DNA of 64,000 bases from positions 682,001-746,000 of the forward strand of contig CM074804.1 in the NCBI GenBank assembly GCA_037447605.1. The letters are read 5' to 3'. This document shows, piece by piece, positions 1 to 13,391 of this stretch (its first letter is position 1; the number at the start of each line of letters is the position of its first letter). Source of the stretch: Zygnema circumcarinatum SAG 698-1b (Eukaryota; Plantae; Zygnematophyceae). The notes below the pieces were generated by a model. That model did not search any database. It saw nothing but the letters and a program-made list of their open reading frames with translations, and was not told the DNA's origin. Made by a program: the position numbers and the translations under genes.

Positions 1-254
1 GTCGGACAACTACCAAATTAAAGTAGATGGATTAAACAAAAATAAATCAAAAAGACTCCTTTTCACAGATTTTGCCCATCAGGTGATTGTTTGGCCTAAA
101 TATACATCAGCAAATACAAAAGATATTCCCCATAAGTCTTTTAAAGCATTGACTTGTGTGGTCAGCTCCCTAAGCCATGCTGACGAAGAGATAGACGATT
201 GGCAGACAAAGTTCGAATCTATTCGCAAGAAAGTGCAAAATGGTTGCAAAGAAT

Positions 255-1570
255 CACCTGAAATACAAGCAGAGTGATAATGACCAGCTGCTACAGCTAT
301 GGATGGCGGTAAACCTGCCACCTTCACAGGCACCTGCGGAACAACAACAGCACGAGTAGAACATGGCTATTGTCAAAAACATGAAACACTAACAAGAAGA
401 GTGAATTGGGAAACTTGTTAAAAAGGACCGAAAGTAAATCTGGCAACCATGAAAAGGGTTGACGATCCTAGCGCGACTTTCAAGCTCAGAGGCTCCTCAG
501 GGTTTTGACAGAATACAATGGGATTGAGAGAGACCAAAGGAAAACGTGGTATCATGTTTCCATTTGGTGATATTCACATGGTGAGCATGGATTGTACCAC
601 TGCAAAGGGAGTGGAGGGAGGGAGGCCAAGCTGTCCGCAGTCGTTCAGCCCCATTGCATGCACACTCCCATCACCTACTCTGTCAAGCCCCCCAAAACCG
701 TGAAAACTCGTGAAGGGACCAAGGAAGAGAAACACATTTTGCCCTATGGGTGTTTAGACTCTCAACAGATCAATGAAAAGAGCACTTCACTGCAGCAAAG
801 AAGAAGACACACTAACAACGATTCGACTAACAACTTAGGCGATATCACAAAATCAAGACAAAGACGAATGAATTGGTAAGAGGTTCTTGCAGTAGTATGC
901 ATGTGTGTTTTTGTGTACGCATGTGCATACATATACAGAATTTAGGTATGCGTGTGCTGTGGGTTGTGATGTAAAGGTGCTTCAAGAAGTGCATGTTTGA
1001 CCACAAACCAACTCAAAAACATAAACACGTGATTGAGAAAACCTCACCACTAAGAACCAAAGTGTGTGCTCCTCCACATGCAACTTCCAAGGGCTCCCTG
1101 CCGTCAAATTCACTACACACGCTCGGCACTTGGCGCGAAGTTAAGGGCTTCCCCAGGCCTAGCCGTCCAAAATCGCCATTCCCCCAAACCACCATGGATC
1201 GCTTGGATGATTTCTCCTCCCTTTCGCTCTTACTGCAGAAACTCCGAAAGCTCTGCAATCCTCCTCCACCCCCTCCATGCAAGGAAGCACCGGGAATCGT
1301 TTTGAAAATGTCTCCAAGGTGTGCCTTTCTGTTCCATTTTGAAACCATCAAGTAGACATCTAACCCTAACCCTAATTCTGCTCCACCAGATCGTACAGTT
1401 TGACGTCTTGAGCCTGCACACTCGTGCAAGCAGCCATCATGGACAGCTGCTAGCGGTTGCTGCTGCATGTATCCCTTGTGCCACGAGCCCTGCTGCTGCA
1501 TCGTCAGCTGCGCCCTCTGCAGAATTGCGCGAGCTTGCCGCCGCCATGAAGGAGCTATGGCAGCTGCCAT
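255..1570 (-). CDS. RCC1-repeat (RUG/UVR8-like) protein, probably mitochondrial; spliced, 3' part runs off the left edge
   Basis: Exons at about 1570-1044, 675-597 and 333-255 give RCC1 repeats: VWGNGDFGRLGLG...VACGGAHTLVLSG | DGSVHAMGLNDCGQLG | VAAGHYHSACISG. An RSFCS presequence-like motif precedes the repeats. The start codon is uncertain. Confidence 0.8.
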
Positions 1571-1894
1571 TCCCTCTGCTGTTGCAGAGACCTGCCTCCC
1601 TAAAGAGACCTGCTCTCCAACCCTAATGCCACTCGCAAGCTACCGCATGGCCCAGTGCTGTAATCCCACTCCTCATCTATCTACAAGACTTGAATAACCC
1701 AGAACATGAGCTGGCCCTGAGAAAGAGACGTCACATCAGTCATGGCTCTCCGAGCACCTGCACACATCACATATCCCTTTGTTCGGAATTTGGAAAAGTG
1801 AATGTCAGAGTTTATCATCGCGAACATGTGCAGCTTTTCTTCCTCAGGTCCTCCTTTCTGACCTTTGGGCTATTCGTGGTTTCCCAAACCAATA

Positions 1895-2051
1895 GGGGGT
1901 GTCAGACTTAAAAAATTTCAGTACGCGTGTTCGTAAGTTTGACATCAGAACGAGTACTCCAGTATAATCGCGATCCTCCTGCGGCGGAGTACTTTCGTAA
2001 CCTTTTTTTTCGTAACGCTTTTCGTAAGATTTTGTTAAGTCTGACATCCCC
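1895..2051. mobile_element. MITE (157 bp), TA-flanked, Tc1/mariner-type by TSD
   Basis: 17-bp terminal inverted repeats GGGG(G/A)TGTCAGACTTAA with one mismatch. TA lies on both sides (1893-94, 2052-53). No coding capacity. Confidence 0.7.
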
Positions 2052-2646
2052 TAATGCCAAAGCTTTTCGTGTTCTCCATTGTGAACCTACTTCAGCATCA
2101 CCAATGAAACTACGCCACGTGTCCAAATAGTACACGTGGAGAGATCCTAATGGGAGTGCCGACATCTACAAAAAAAAAAAAAAAAAACATTTTAAAATTT
2201 TGAATTGCGCCCCACACAGCTGTGCACACGTGGCACGTTCAGTTTGCTGAGCCGCGTTCTCTTCTACATGCGTCACAGTTACCGTTATGTTTCGCGTTCC
2301 AGTGTTCCTTGAAGCTAGTTCCGTTCCAATACTTCAGCGCTACGGGCTGCCCGTAGAGCTCAAAAAGTTCGAAAGTTTGAGTTTGGTTGCCCCCCTTTCG
2401 GGGGCCCTCGCCCTCGGGCCCTTTCCCGCCACTTCTCCCTCCCTGTCGCTCTCTTCGCCGTCTCCCCTCCCTCCCTCGTTTGATCCCTCCCTCTCTCCCG
2501 CCCTCCCTACATCCCTCCCTCGCTGTAGCCCTCCTTCCTTCTCTCCCTACCCGCTCCCTCTCGACCTCCCTCCCCCCCCCCGTCCCTCCCTCCCTCCCTC
2601 CCTCCCTCCCTCCCTCCCTCCCCCCCCTCCTCCCCGGGTGGCTGGC

Positions 2647-5498
2647 ATGGACTTCCCCGTGTTCGATCTCGGCCCCGTCCTCCCCCTCCTCGAGGCGGGC
2701 CGCAGCGCCTCCCCCGGCTCTGACCCCTCCTGCGCGTACCCTGAGCCTTTTCTCCGCACGTGCGAGGAAGTGGCAAGGTGCCTCCTGGAGACACGTGTCG
2801 CCGTGGTCCGCGACCCGCGCTGTGTCGCTGCTCAGAACGACGCATTCCTGGACATGATGGAGCGCTACTTTGCGCAGGAAGATTCCAAGAAGCTGCAGGA
2901 GGCCTACCCGGAGCTGCATTACCAGGTGCCCATTTCTTGAATTGGGTCCTTTTGTGCGCCTCTGTGGGGGGCTCTGTTTGGGGACATATGGGAGAGGGGG
3001 GGGAGGGGGAGCAGGTTTAAGGAGACGCATTAAACCATAACCCATGGCATTGCGACCAAAATATTTTATTGCACTTTTGGGCTTAAAGTTTTAGAGGCCT
3101 ACTTACATCCCCTTCGCTTTCTGGGCTGCAGGTCGGAGTGACCCCTGAGGGCCACGAGGTGCCCCGCGCCGCCATGGATGCGGAGCTCCAAAAAGAGATT
3201 TCCCGCCAGGCGGCGGAGCACAGAGCTCATCTCCCGAAGGGGGCCGACCGCAAGTGGCGCTTTATGTGGAGAGTGGGAACGCGCTCGCTGAATACCAAAT
3301 TCAAGGTATAGTTAGTTATGGGATCATTACTGAATGAAGCTCAATGTGATTGATAAGCTAAATTGATGAATTAAATTGTTTAAATTGGTCTACAGTGATT
3401 GGGTTAGAATTGATCAAAATGAATGAAAACGGAGTAAATATGCACTGACTGATTGATGAATCGTGCAGGAGCTGAATGCAGAGCCTGTTATTCCTGAGGG
3501 CTTCCCGGAATGGAAGGCCGTAATGGATGGATGGGGAGAAACAATGGTGGCAGCAGTGGAGGTAGGCGCCTCTGTTTCTTGTTTATTCTGCATCGCATCT
3601 GTTCAGCAATTTGACTTGAACACTGCTTGCAAGCAATGCGTTCCCGGATGCCTCTTTTTCCGGTTTCTGGCACTAAAGGTCTACTCTTTGTTAAGGATAA
3701 GGGATGGATGTGGCAGGCCACAGTGAATGCCTATGAAGTAGTCGACTGCATTAGTTCGCAAGCGTGAACAATGAATTGAAATATTATTTTCTTTTTTAAC
3801 TTATGTGTGCAGGCTGTTGCAGAAATGGCAGCCATAGGCTTCAAGCTGCCGCAGGATGCATTCACCTCTCGGATGAAAAACGTGAGGCTCTGAGATTCAC
3901 TCTCGAAACATCAGTAGAACCTCTACTTGCTTGAAACTCACCCATATTACCTTGCAACTTGGAGTACTAACCTATCCTGCAGGGTTCTTAGGATAAGTGA
4001 ACCAGGGAGATTCAGAAGATTCCCAAATATTTTGATTCTGATTAAGTTAAGGAGGGTGGGGCGTATGATCAGGGCCCTCACCTGCTGGCGCCGACTGGCA
4101 GCGACTTGGACCGCTATGGAGAGCAAGGCACCATCTTCGCGGGCTATCACTATGACTTCAACCTCCTCACAATCCATGGCCGAAGCCGCTTCCCGGGACT
4201 CTTCATTTGGCTCAAAGACGGGCGTAAAGTCGCGGTTCATGTTCCTGAGGGTTGTCTGCTGGTGCAGGCAGGCAAGCAGGTGACTTTCTTCCCTTTAACA
4301 AAGTGAATGGGAAAGGCTTTGTTCGAGTTTTTCTTGAGTTTTCGTGGTTAGAAGGGATTGGGGCATCAAGAAGATTGAAGGTTTGTAGGGCGTATAGAGC
4401 ATCCAGCACAGCTGCGCTGCATGCAACATGCAACATGCTCGCTTGCAGGCTGGAATCTTTAGGGATGGTGGGTTCTAAAAATAAATCCTCAAAAGATTCT
4501 TGGGTAAGCTGCGGCCTGTGCTGCCCCTTGTAGATTTTTTATGCAGAAGTGAAAATCAATTTGGAGCTTGCCCATGAATGCGACTGACTCCGTAATGAGT
4601 TTTTGGCATGTTTTTTGAGTTTGCAGCAAGCTATAGCTGTTTACTGATGAGTATTGGCTGGTCGGTGCAGATGGAATGGCTGACAGGTGGAGAGTGTGGT
4701 GCTGGAATGCACGAAGTGGTAGTGACTGAGAAGACTCTCAAAGCGGTGGAAACTGCGCGGAAGGAGGGCCGCAGCCTATGGCGCGTTTCATCAACGGTGA
4801 GGCAGCCATGGCCCTTTCCTCCATTTCCTCGTACACTTCCTTGTTGAATTATTGCAAAAGAGCTGCCTGTACTTTTCCCCCACCTTGAGGGAGGGTTGAA
4901 CCCAGAACCATGAGGGTAGGTTGCAATTTGGACATGTCAAGCCCCACTGTGCATAGACGAACAGTTTTTTTTGTAGTTCCCAGTTGCATTGTTAACTTGG
5001 ATGCCTGAGATTCAGAGTATGTTTAGGTACGTGCACTTGTCGGCGTTAAATTGACCCATTCTTCTGTGTGAACAAAGGAGATGCTGGCTGGGTATACATG
5101 CATTTTTTGACAAAGAATGAAGGCGATCGTCTATCCTTGTCCAGCAAGTGTAGTGGATGGATGGATGGAATAGCTGGATTCACTATCAGGCCATTATGCC
5201 CCCTGCTGTTTTTGCTGATGGAGGATGGCAAGAAAACAGTCAGTTTGTCCCTGGATTAAAAGGGCTTAGTCCGTCGAAAGTGGCTTAATGAAATTCAATA
5301 CTAAGACTTGAGGGTGCTCTATTGCAGCTTTTTGCGCATGTGGCATCAGATGCTGTCCTTGAACCCCTCGGACACTTTGCGGAGTCAGCATTGGCACAAA
5401 AGTATCCACCCACACTGGCAGGGAACTTTGCGGAGGCAGAATTGTCTGCAATTGACTTAAAGAAGAAGCGGATTTCGCCAATCAAATCTCTGAATTAA
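2647..5498 (+). CDS. 2-oxoglutarate/Fe(II)-dependent oxygenase (spliced)
   Basis: MDFPVFDLGP... start. Exons give PEGFPEWKAVMDGWG, GPHLLAPTGSDL...FAGYHYDFNLLTIHGRSRFPGL (HxD), GMHEVVVT (distal His) and WRVSST. Last exon LFAHVASDAVLEPLGHF...SLN* ends at 5498. Confidence 0.85.
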
Positions 5499-6388
5499 AT
5501 AAAAATGGGTGTGCCCCTGCTTCGTGAAGAAGATCTGGGAGAGATTTCGACAATTATTGAACATCTGCGGAGGTTGGAACGACGGAAGCTGTTTGAAAAG
5601 TCTCAGCACGGGCGAAGGGTGAAGTTCTATTCACTTCCATTGTATGTTAGTTCGAATAATATTTTTTCCTTTTCTTATGATCGATGTGTACAGATTCAGT
5701 CAGGTCACATGCTGTAGCAGTGAACTCGAGGCGTGGAGATGATACCGTTGCTGAGTGGGTGGGGGGAGAGGGGGAGAGACAGAGGGCGAGAGGGAGAGGG
5801 AGAGGGAGAGAGAAAAGGGGGGCGGGGAGGGAACGAGGAGTGGTTGTACAGAGTATGTGTTAAGCATTCAGGTCAAGGCGATAGAATTTGAAGCGAGTGG
5901 GAGAGAGACAGAGTTAGGGAATTAGGGGATCCTTTCTGGAAATAGTTCCATCAACTTTTTCAAAAAGTATATTTCTGTGTGTACAAGGTGTCCAGATAAG
6001 CGCCGTTTGACATCACCATCACATTTCAATGGAATACAAAAGAGGTGCATTTTTTTGACAAAAAATCGATTCTATCAACCAAATATTTCGCAATAATAGA
6101 TGAAGGCTCGCCTATGCAGGATTTCTTGTTTCCTTGTTATTTCTTGCTTTCTTGGGTCCACCTGCAGGCCCTCCCTCTGCTTGAGTTCGAGCAGAGTCGT
6201 GCAGTCCTCAGCTTGTAGGCGCGCCACTTCCACCAGCGCCAGGTCCACCTGCACGGCAGATCCACCCGGGTGGATCCGGAGCAACTGCGCAAGGGTGTGG
6301 ATCCCCACAGAGGGGAATGCCGGCTCGGCTGTGCCTCTCACAGAACGGCTTAAAGGGAATGGGACCTCACTATTCAACCTACGTGTCG

Positions 6389-6582
6389 GTGGTTCCCCGT
6401 GCTGCTTGTGGCCATGTACATTTGATGGCCTCGCCATCGGGAGATCAATGCCACTTCCTTTCTCTCTTAAAGGGAATCCTTGCAATGTGTGGCGTTGGGA
6501 TACGAGGAAGAGGGAAAATGGCATTGACTTCACGATGGCGAGGCCATCAAATGTACATGGACAAAAGCAGCATGGGAACCAC
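6389..6582. repeat. Imperfect fold-back (about 78-bp arms) made of two CRE-tail-like modules
   Basis: 6389-6466 (GTGGTTCC...CCATGTACATTTGATGGCCTCGCCATCG..GATCAATGCCA) is the approximate reverse complement of 6505-6582. Both arms match the 3' UTR of the elements at 7.5 and 52.6 kb. Confidence 0.75.
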
Positions 6583-6869
6583 GAGGAACTATGCACAAGG
6601 ATAAGAGGCGTACATTTAGGCTATTACTGTAACTAAAAAGTGGGACGCGGGCAGCCCTGAAATGTTTACTGCTGCTGTGTGCGCGACGCAAGCGTCCGCG
6701 ATTGGGCCGCGAGCTGTGGTGTGGCCTAAACTGATGGGTCGTGCGCCTACCTCGTCTACAATGTGCATCGAACCGTAGGGATTGACACGTGGCGCCATCG
6801 CCGTGGGGGAATGGTTGCGTGAGGTGCACGTGACGTGATGTGACGTACGCGCCAAAGGGGGGCTGCACC

Positions 6870-7118
6870 TGGTCGTGTTCGCGGCGGAGGACCGGAAAGA
6901 ATTTCAGCTGCCCGACTGACGCTCGCTCAATCGCGGACGGACACGGCAGCCGAAAACTTTTCGGGCCATGGGTTGGACCAACCATTGGAATGGTTGCGAT
7001 TTGCAAACCGTTGATTCCCGATCCAACCAACCATTGGATCCAATGGTTGCAATAATTGGCAATGGTTGGCTGGGTGACCAGCCAATGGTTGCAAACATTG
7101 GCAATGGTTGGGTGGGTC
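6870..7118 (+). repeat. Dispersed repeat, copy A (CCATTGG/CCAATGG palindrome-rich)
   Basis: Highly similar to 14996-15263 (AGGACCGGAAAGAATTTCAGCTGCCC...AACCATTGGATCCAATGGTT...). Confidence 0.8.
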
Positions 7119-7492
7119 GAGAATCAATTGTCCAATGGTTGTCATTGGCATTGGTTGGCTGAGTAGCCAGTCAATGCTTACAACCAAATTGCTAACCATA
7201 AACCCCTAAACCATCATCATAATCATCATCATCAAATGAAAAAGCATGCCACAAAGAGGCATACAAGTATACAACAGAAAAAAAAAATCAAAAATCGTCC
7301 AAAAGGATGGCATTTTAAGTCAATTCAAGCACGTGCAAAGCATTTCATTTTTAGGGTTTGTCAATTTTTTTCTTTTTCCAACTGCCGTCCGCGGACTTCA
7401 CTTTTTTCGCATCTCGTTGCATCACATCACGGTCCCAAACATACTTGTCTCGTCGTATGTTGCCGTGACCAATCATTTTGCTTCACGTGTTC

Positions 7493-8355
7493 AAACTTTC
7501 ATTGAACTCGCGATGGCGAGGCCATCAAATGTACATGGACAAAGGCAAAATGTGGAACCACGAAGGACTGGTCACAAAGGACCGAAACACAATAAAACGA
7601 AGCTAGGAGCGGAAAATTACGTCTAGGCACAACAACGCAGCCCTAGAAGCAGCCGCGAAGGTCACCGATGTGAGGCACGTCGCGAGGAGGGAGCGGCAGA
7701 AGTCCACCAACACGATCACCAACAACCGCGAAGACGCTAAAGAAGCGAGAAGCTTGGTGTAACGCTGTGCGCGGCGTAAAATACGCTGCCGTATAAAAGG
7801 TAGCCAAGACGCCGGAGGAGGGCTTCCGGGGCCGTGCATCTCGAAGGAGTGATGGGCGCACTGGCAAAGGAAGGTGTCCAAACAGGTGTCGAGGCAGCCA
7901 AAAATCTCAATAGCCATAGGAACAAACTCGTCGGCCGCATGCACTGGCGAAGGAAGGTGTCCAAACGGGTGTCGAGGCAGCCAAAAATCTCAATAGCCAT
8001 AGGAATAAACTCGTCGGCCGCATCACGAGGAGCATATCGCGCTCACTGCGAAGGGCGCGCTCGTAACGGCCACGCCTTCGCTGTGATGTGTTGCCGCGTG
8101 ACAATAAATCGCGACGGGTTGGATCGGCCAACACAATATCCCCAAAAATGCGCCGGGCACCATCCATAAGAGCCAAATCAGGGCGAACTCCGCGCTCGCC
8201 ACGAATAGTCGGCCGTGGGGACACTAGGTGGCTCGGCTCCCGTCGCACAAGGTAGTTAGCTTCTTGAGCCACCGCAGCAATCGCATCGCGCACAACATTA
8301 TGAGCCAAAATGCGTTCGCCCCCATGTGCGCATCGAAGAAGATGAACGCCCTCCA
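7493..8355 (-). mobile_element. 5'-truncated CRE-like non-LTR retrotransposon (restriction-like endonuclease end), decayed
   Basis: Translation gives HLLRC...AHNVVRD, RPDLALMD...GDIV (PD-D/E core) and FVPMAIEIFG. An 83-bp internal tandem duplication (7858-7940/7941-8023) breaks the frame. The direct repeat ACGTGTT(C) at 7485 and 8356 is a candidate TSD. Confidence 0.8.
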
Positions 8356-9318
8356 ACGTGTTCCATCCTTATACTTTGTAGACGCGCGCGATTCGTACAT
8401 TTCAAATCACCATCCGTACACCCGACGAAAAAAGGTCTGTATCTATTCTACAAAAGTATGAAACAGCATAAATCGCTAAAAAATCCTTTGTAATCGCTGC
8501 CCGGCGAAAAAGTCACTGTTTTTAGAAAAAAAAGTGACTGTAAATAGTACTTTTGACTTCTGTAGGGATCAATGTCGGTGCCGTACACCTCCTTAAGACC
8601 GTACAGTGTGGTACAAAAAGGTTCTATGTGAGAATTGCGTCGAAGCTAACGGGAACTGTCACATCGACGCGTTTATACGCCATAGAACGGAGGAGAACCG
8701 TACGTCGGTGGCAGAGTTCGTTCAGATTAGGGTTTGGTCCGTATGGATTGTGGTTTTCCAGAATCAGCACTTGCCGTTTGTTGCGTAACCTGCAGGTAGC
8801 ATTGTATTCGCCTGTAGGCATGTACTAGTTTTGAACTCGCACTTTTTCAGAGATTAAACCCTAAAACTCGACCATGATTGATTTTGGATTTTGATACTTT
8901 CTCAGAATCAGTACTTGTCTTTTGTTTGTACAGAACAGTAGAGCCATGTGTGCGCTGAGACACATGTACCAGTTTCGAATTCCCTTGTTTTCGGATCAAA
9001 ATCCAGAAACCCTAATTTCTTGAAACTCTAAAACCCTGAACCCTAATTTCTTGGAACCCTAAAATCTCTGATTGAAACTCTAAAACCCTGAACCCTAATT
9101 TCTTGGACCCCTCACAATTTGATTTTCGCCTGAAGACCAAAGCCATACCCGAAAGTTCGAGAAACGCAATGCACAAAACTAAATGAACAAGAACCTAAAA
9201 CTTTTAACCGAACCAAAATCTCAAGACTCAAATCCTGAACCCTGCACCATGTAAAACCTCTGCAACCCTAATCCGCCACTGAACCCTAATCCGCCTCTGA
9301 GGCTGCCACGTGTCAACA

Positions 9319-9870
9319 ATGGCGCCTCCCTCCCCCTCTCCTCTCCCCCTCCATCGCTCCCTCTCCTTCTCCCTCCTCCTCCCCATCCTCCTCCTCCTCG
9401 CAGCCATGGCGCCTCTTCGAGCAGACGGCAGCCATGGCCAAAGCTCGAGAAGCTCCAGGAAGGCGGGTAGCAACAACTGGGCCGTTCTATGCTGCACTTC
9501 TCGCAGTTGGTGAGAAATTTGTTACATTTGCATTTTGAAGGTTGTTCATTGTGCACATCATCATCTTCTATTCAATGTGTTGTACATGCATGCCATGCAT
9601 GCATGCAACCGCATTCGCATTGTCATTGTTCTTTTCTTGTTATTTGATTTGTATTTTTTTCGGTCGGCCAGGTTCAACTACCGCCACATCGCCAACACTC
9701 TCTCCATTTACAGGTCTGACATCGCTCCATGCGCGAACTCTCCCCTAATGAGGGGAAGGTTGGGATCAACTTCTCGCATGCTAACTTTTAAGACATACAA
9801 AAGCTGTTTTAGAGTAAGGACATGTTGTGCAAAATTATCACAAGGAAAAGGCTGAGATTGATTTCCCTCA

Positions 9871-9917
<47 letters not shown>

Positions 9918-12900
9918 CTCTCCCACTCCCTCTCTCTCTCTTGACTGCTTTGGCACTTCGTTTTGGTTTGGAGAATATCCCATTCAATGGATGTCCATTT
10001 ATCGCCTCCTCTTCAGGACAGAAAATCTTCGTCTCAAGCTGAACCACGAAAGGAAGAATCAAGCCTGATTCAAAAACCGGTCTAATAACTCAAGCAAGGT
10101 CAAAGTAAAATCTAAGTTCTTATGTCCAAGATTTATGTCCTTCTTCTTTCCTTGCTTTTGTACCGATGATGTTAAGTGTCTGCATGTGATACAGAACCGT
10201 ACGGCGCTTAGGTATTCCGGATGACCACATCATCCTCATGCTGCCGGATGACATGGCATGCAACCCCAGGAATCCCTACCCCTCTCAAGTGTTCAACAGC
10301 TTGGATCATAAGTTGAACTTGTACGGTGACAATGTGGAGGTGTGTGGGCCATCATCCACTGGTTTAACTCCTCTAGTGGACCTTGAGTCCACCTTGATTC
10401 TGAACCGCTCAGTTTAACTCCTCTAGTGGACCTTGAGTCCCGCACTCTCTCTCGCTCTCATCAGAACCCGTACTGCCTATGCCTCTAACCTTATATGAAA
10501 AGAAGTATCCATTTCGATTTCTACTTTCTCTTCCTTGATACTTTAATGGGACTTTTTGTGTAGTTTTGTTTCCCTATAAGAGTGAACCCTTAACTAAACC
10601 CTAAACCCTAAACCCTAAACCCTAACCCTAAACTCGATAGTATTCAAGTCTTGATGTTGTGCGGCATGTTGGACGAGTTTGCAGGTCGACTACCGCGGGG
10701 CTGAAGTGAGTGTCGAAAACGTTCTTAGGGTTTTGACGGGTCGCCATCATCCCTTGGTTCCGCGCTCAAAGCGACTCCTCAGCGATGCGAGCAGCCGAGT
10801 GCTGGTCTACATGGCGGGCCATGGAGGGGATGAGTTTCTCAAATTTCAGGTGAGGATGGAGGTGTGTAATATTGCGGGACTCATGGAGGGGGATGAAGGA
10901 CAAAATGTATTCTTGTGATGTAAGGGCTTTCGAGGAAGTTGGAAAGAAGAAAGTGTGGGCTGTGATTGTTTGGAATCTTGTCAAACGTGAGAGTGTGAGA
11001 GGGATATATGTGATGTTGCTGTTGGGGCTATGTGGAGAGGAGGGAGGGAGAGAGAGGGAGAGGGAGGAGAGTGGGAGGAGGTGGCGGCAGGGGAAGAGAG
11101 AAGGAGCCTCTCGGAGGGAGGAGAGGAGGGGAGAGTAGGGCAAAGATAGTGGGAAGCGAGCAGCATATATGGGAGAGGGAGAGGAGGGGAGGAGAGAGGA
11201 ATAGACACAAAAGAGTTCCCCGTCTCTCTTATAATAGAAACCAATCTCTCTCTGAAATAATCTCCCTGAATTTTCAACACCATGCTGCTCTGTGATTGGT
11301 CGATTGGCCCGTTGCAGGATACGGAGGAAATTCAAAGCCAGGACTTTGCAGATGCGTTCCATGAAATGCATCAAAAGCAACGGTGAGTCGAACTGATCAA
11401 AAAGCAACTGTTTTTTCTCCTTTACTTTGTTCCCCACACTTTTCCTTTCCAATCTAGGCATCAGCCCTTCGAATTACTCTCTCTCTCTCCTCGCTCTTCC
11501 TTCTTCCCTCTCTCTCTGTCCTCTCTCTCTCTCTGCTCATACATGTGGAAAGATATATATTTTTTTTAGTTTTTCTGAAAGGAAGAGCCCTGTTTATTTA
11601 CCGCCTTTACCACCACTTCTGCAGTTATGGCAGTTTGCTCCTAATGGTGGACACGTGTCAAGCTGCCACCCTCCATTCGCGGGTAAGCTGCAACGGCGTT
11701 CCTTGTGCAAAATCTATTCAAACCTGTTCGCTTCATTTTAGTGAACTGCCTCACAGGCAAGGAAACAAGAGACTGAAACTGACCTGGAACGGAACTGAAA
11801 CGAACAGGACAAAAAGGAAACTGAACGGAGAAGAACCACATGTGACCTGCAAGTGTGGCATTTTGCAGCTCTACTCTCCGGGAGTGCTCGCTATCACTAG
11901 CAGCTTAAAGAAGGAGAACTCCTACGCCTATCAGACCGACGTGCAGGTCATCCAGATGACACGTCACGCCCCCTCCTCTCTCTCCCTCCCTTCGTCCCTT
12001 CCTCTCTCCCTCCCTTCGTCTCTTCCTCCCTCTCTCCCTCCCTTTGTCCCTTACTCCCTCTCTCCCTCCCTTCGTCTCTTCCTCCCTCACTCCCTCCCTT
12101 TGTCCCTTCCTTCCTCTCTCCCTCCATTCGTCCCTTCCTCTCTCCCTTCCTTCATCCCGGGACGTATATCCAGTTCTCACATTACACGGACTTTTAAGGA
12201 AGCGTAGATCTGTGTCAGATCTTGAGGGCTTCTGTAACAAAATAGTTTGTTTGCTTCCACGCTTTGTCGATTTGGCAGCAGTTTTCCATGTTCAAAATTC
12301 CTCTGTTCCGTTCCGTTGAACTCCTCGCACGGATGCAGGTTGGCGTTTCCTTGGTCGACCGCTTCACATATTACACATTGCAATTTTTTGAGACCTTCGA
12401 TGGTCACAGCAACGCCTCTCTTGGGAGGTGAGTAAACTCTTAATCATCTTACAATAAATGAAGCCTTTTGTATTTCTAGTAGATCCTGAACCCGACACTC
12501 TAAACCCTAGTTCGTCCATCCCTTCACTCGGAAACCTCAACTCTGACCCCTAAACGCTTTATTGTAAAGCCTAAACCTAAAGAAAAGACAAGTTCCATTG
12601 CGGAGGGGCAGCTTGTTCCGGTCCTTGGATGCGACTCTCCTTATGTCGACTCCTAATTATAGGGCTGACTTGTTCCCACGACCGATGGATGAGGTACAAT
12701 GAACCTCAATCTCTCTCTCTCCCTCCCTCTCTCTCTCGCTCTCTCTCTCTCTCTCCTTCCTCCCTTCTCTCTCCCTCTCTCCCTCCCTCTCTCTCTCTCT
12801 CCTTTCTCCCTTCTCTCTCTCTCTCTCTCATACAACTAGAACTGGTGATTTATGGGCTTGGTCCCACGCAGGTGCCGGTAACGGAGTTTTTTGGCTCCGT

Positions 12901-13264
12901 GATGCGCGTCCACCACACAGAGGCTCCGTTCTCCAGCTTTGTGGGGCGACTGGACAAGGCTTCCGCTCCGTTGACAAACCACGAGGAGGAGGTTTTAGGG
13001 TTCAGTGTCGGGGAGGAAGAAGGGGAACCGGGAGACAGGACAAAACCCACACTTTCAAGTGCAGGCATAGTGAGGGAGGAAGGGAGTGAACTTGGGGAGA
13101 GGGTTCAGCAAGTGAACGATGGCCTCAGGGTTGGTGTGGGTGGGGATTTGAATGGAAGGGGTAAGCAAGCGGTAGGGTTCAGGGACCCGATGTTGGTGGC
13201 AGCCATGGTTGGCGTGGGCATAGTGCTTGTGGTCTCCTCCAGGAAGACAATTCGATCGACTTAA
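9319..13264 (+). CDS. GPI8: GPI-anchor transamidase catalytic subunit (C13 peptidase family), spliced
   Basis: Signal peptide, then [63 protein letters not shown] (catalytic His), [10 protein letters not shown] (catalytic Cys) and [11 protein letters not shown]-terminal TM helix. Confidence 0.93.
10594..10633 (+). repeat. Interstitial plant-type telomeric repeat (TAAACCC)n in a GPI8 intron
   Basis: Four perfect TAAACCC units, one TAACCC and a partial unit. Confidence 0.8.
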
Positions 13265-13391
13265 GGGGTCTCCCTCTCTCCCTCTCTCTCTCTCTCTCTC
13301 ACTGTGCTCTCATAAGCACCTCGAACCCTTGAATACTTGAGAATACCTAGTCACTCGTTACTGGCTCCGAGAGAGAGCTGGAGAGAGAGCT

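Noticed and set aside
8780-8830. Helitron 3' end (short palindromes before CTAGT)
   Set aside because: The hairpins have only 4-5 bp stems, and I found no matching 5' TC end or second copy.
10362-10440. 29-bp direct repeat in a GPI8 intron
   Set aside because: It is a local two-copy duplication with no structural or family evidence.
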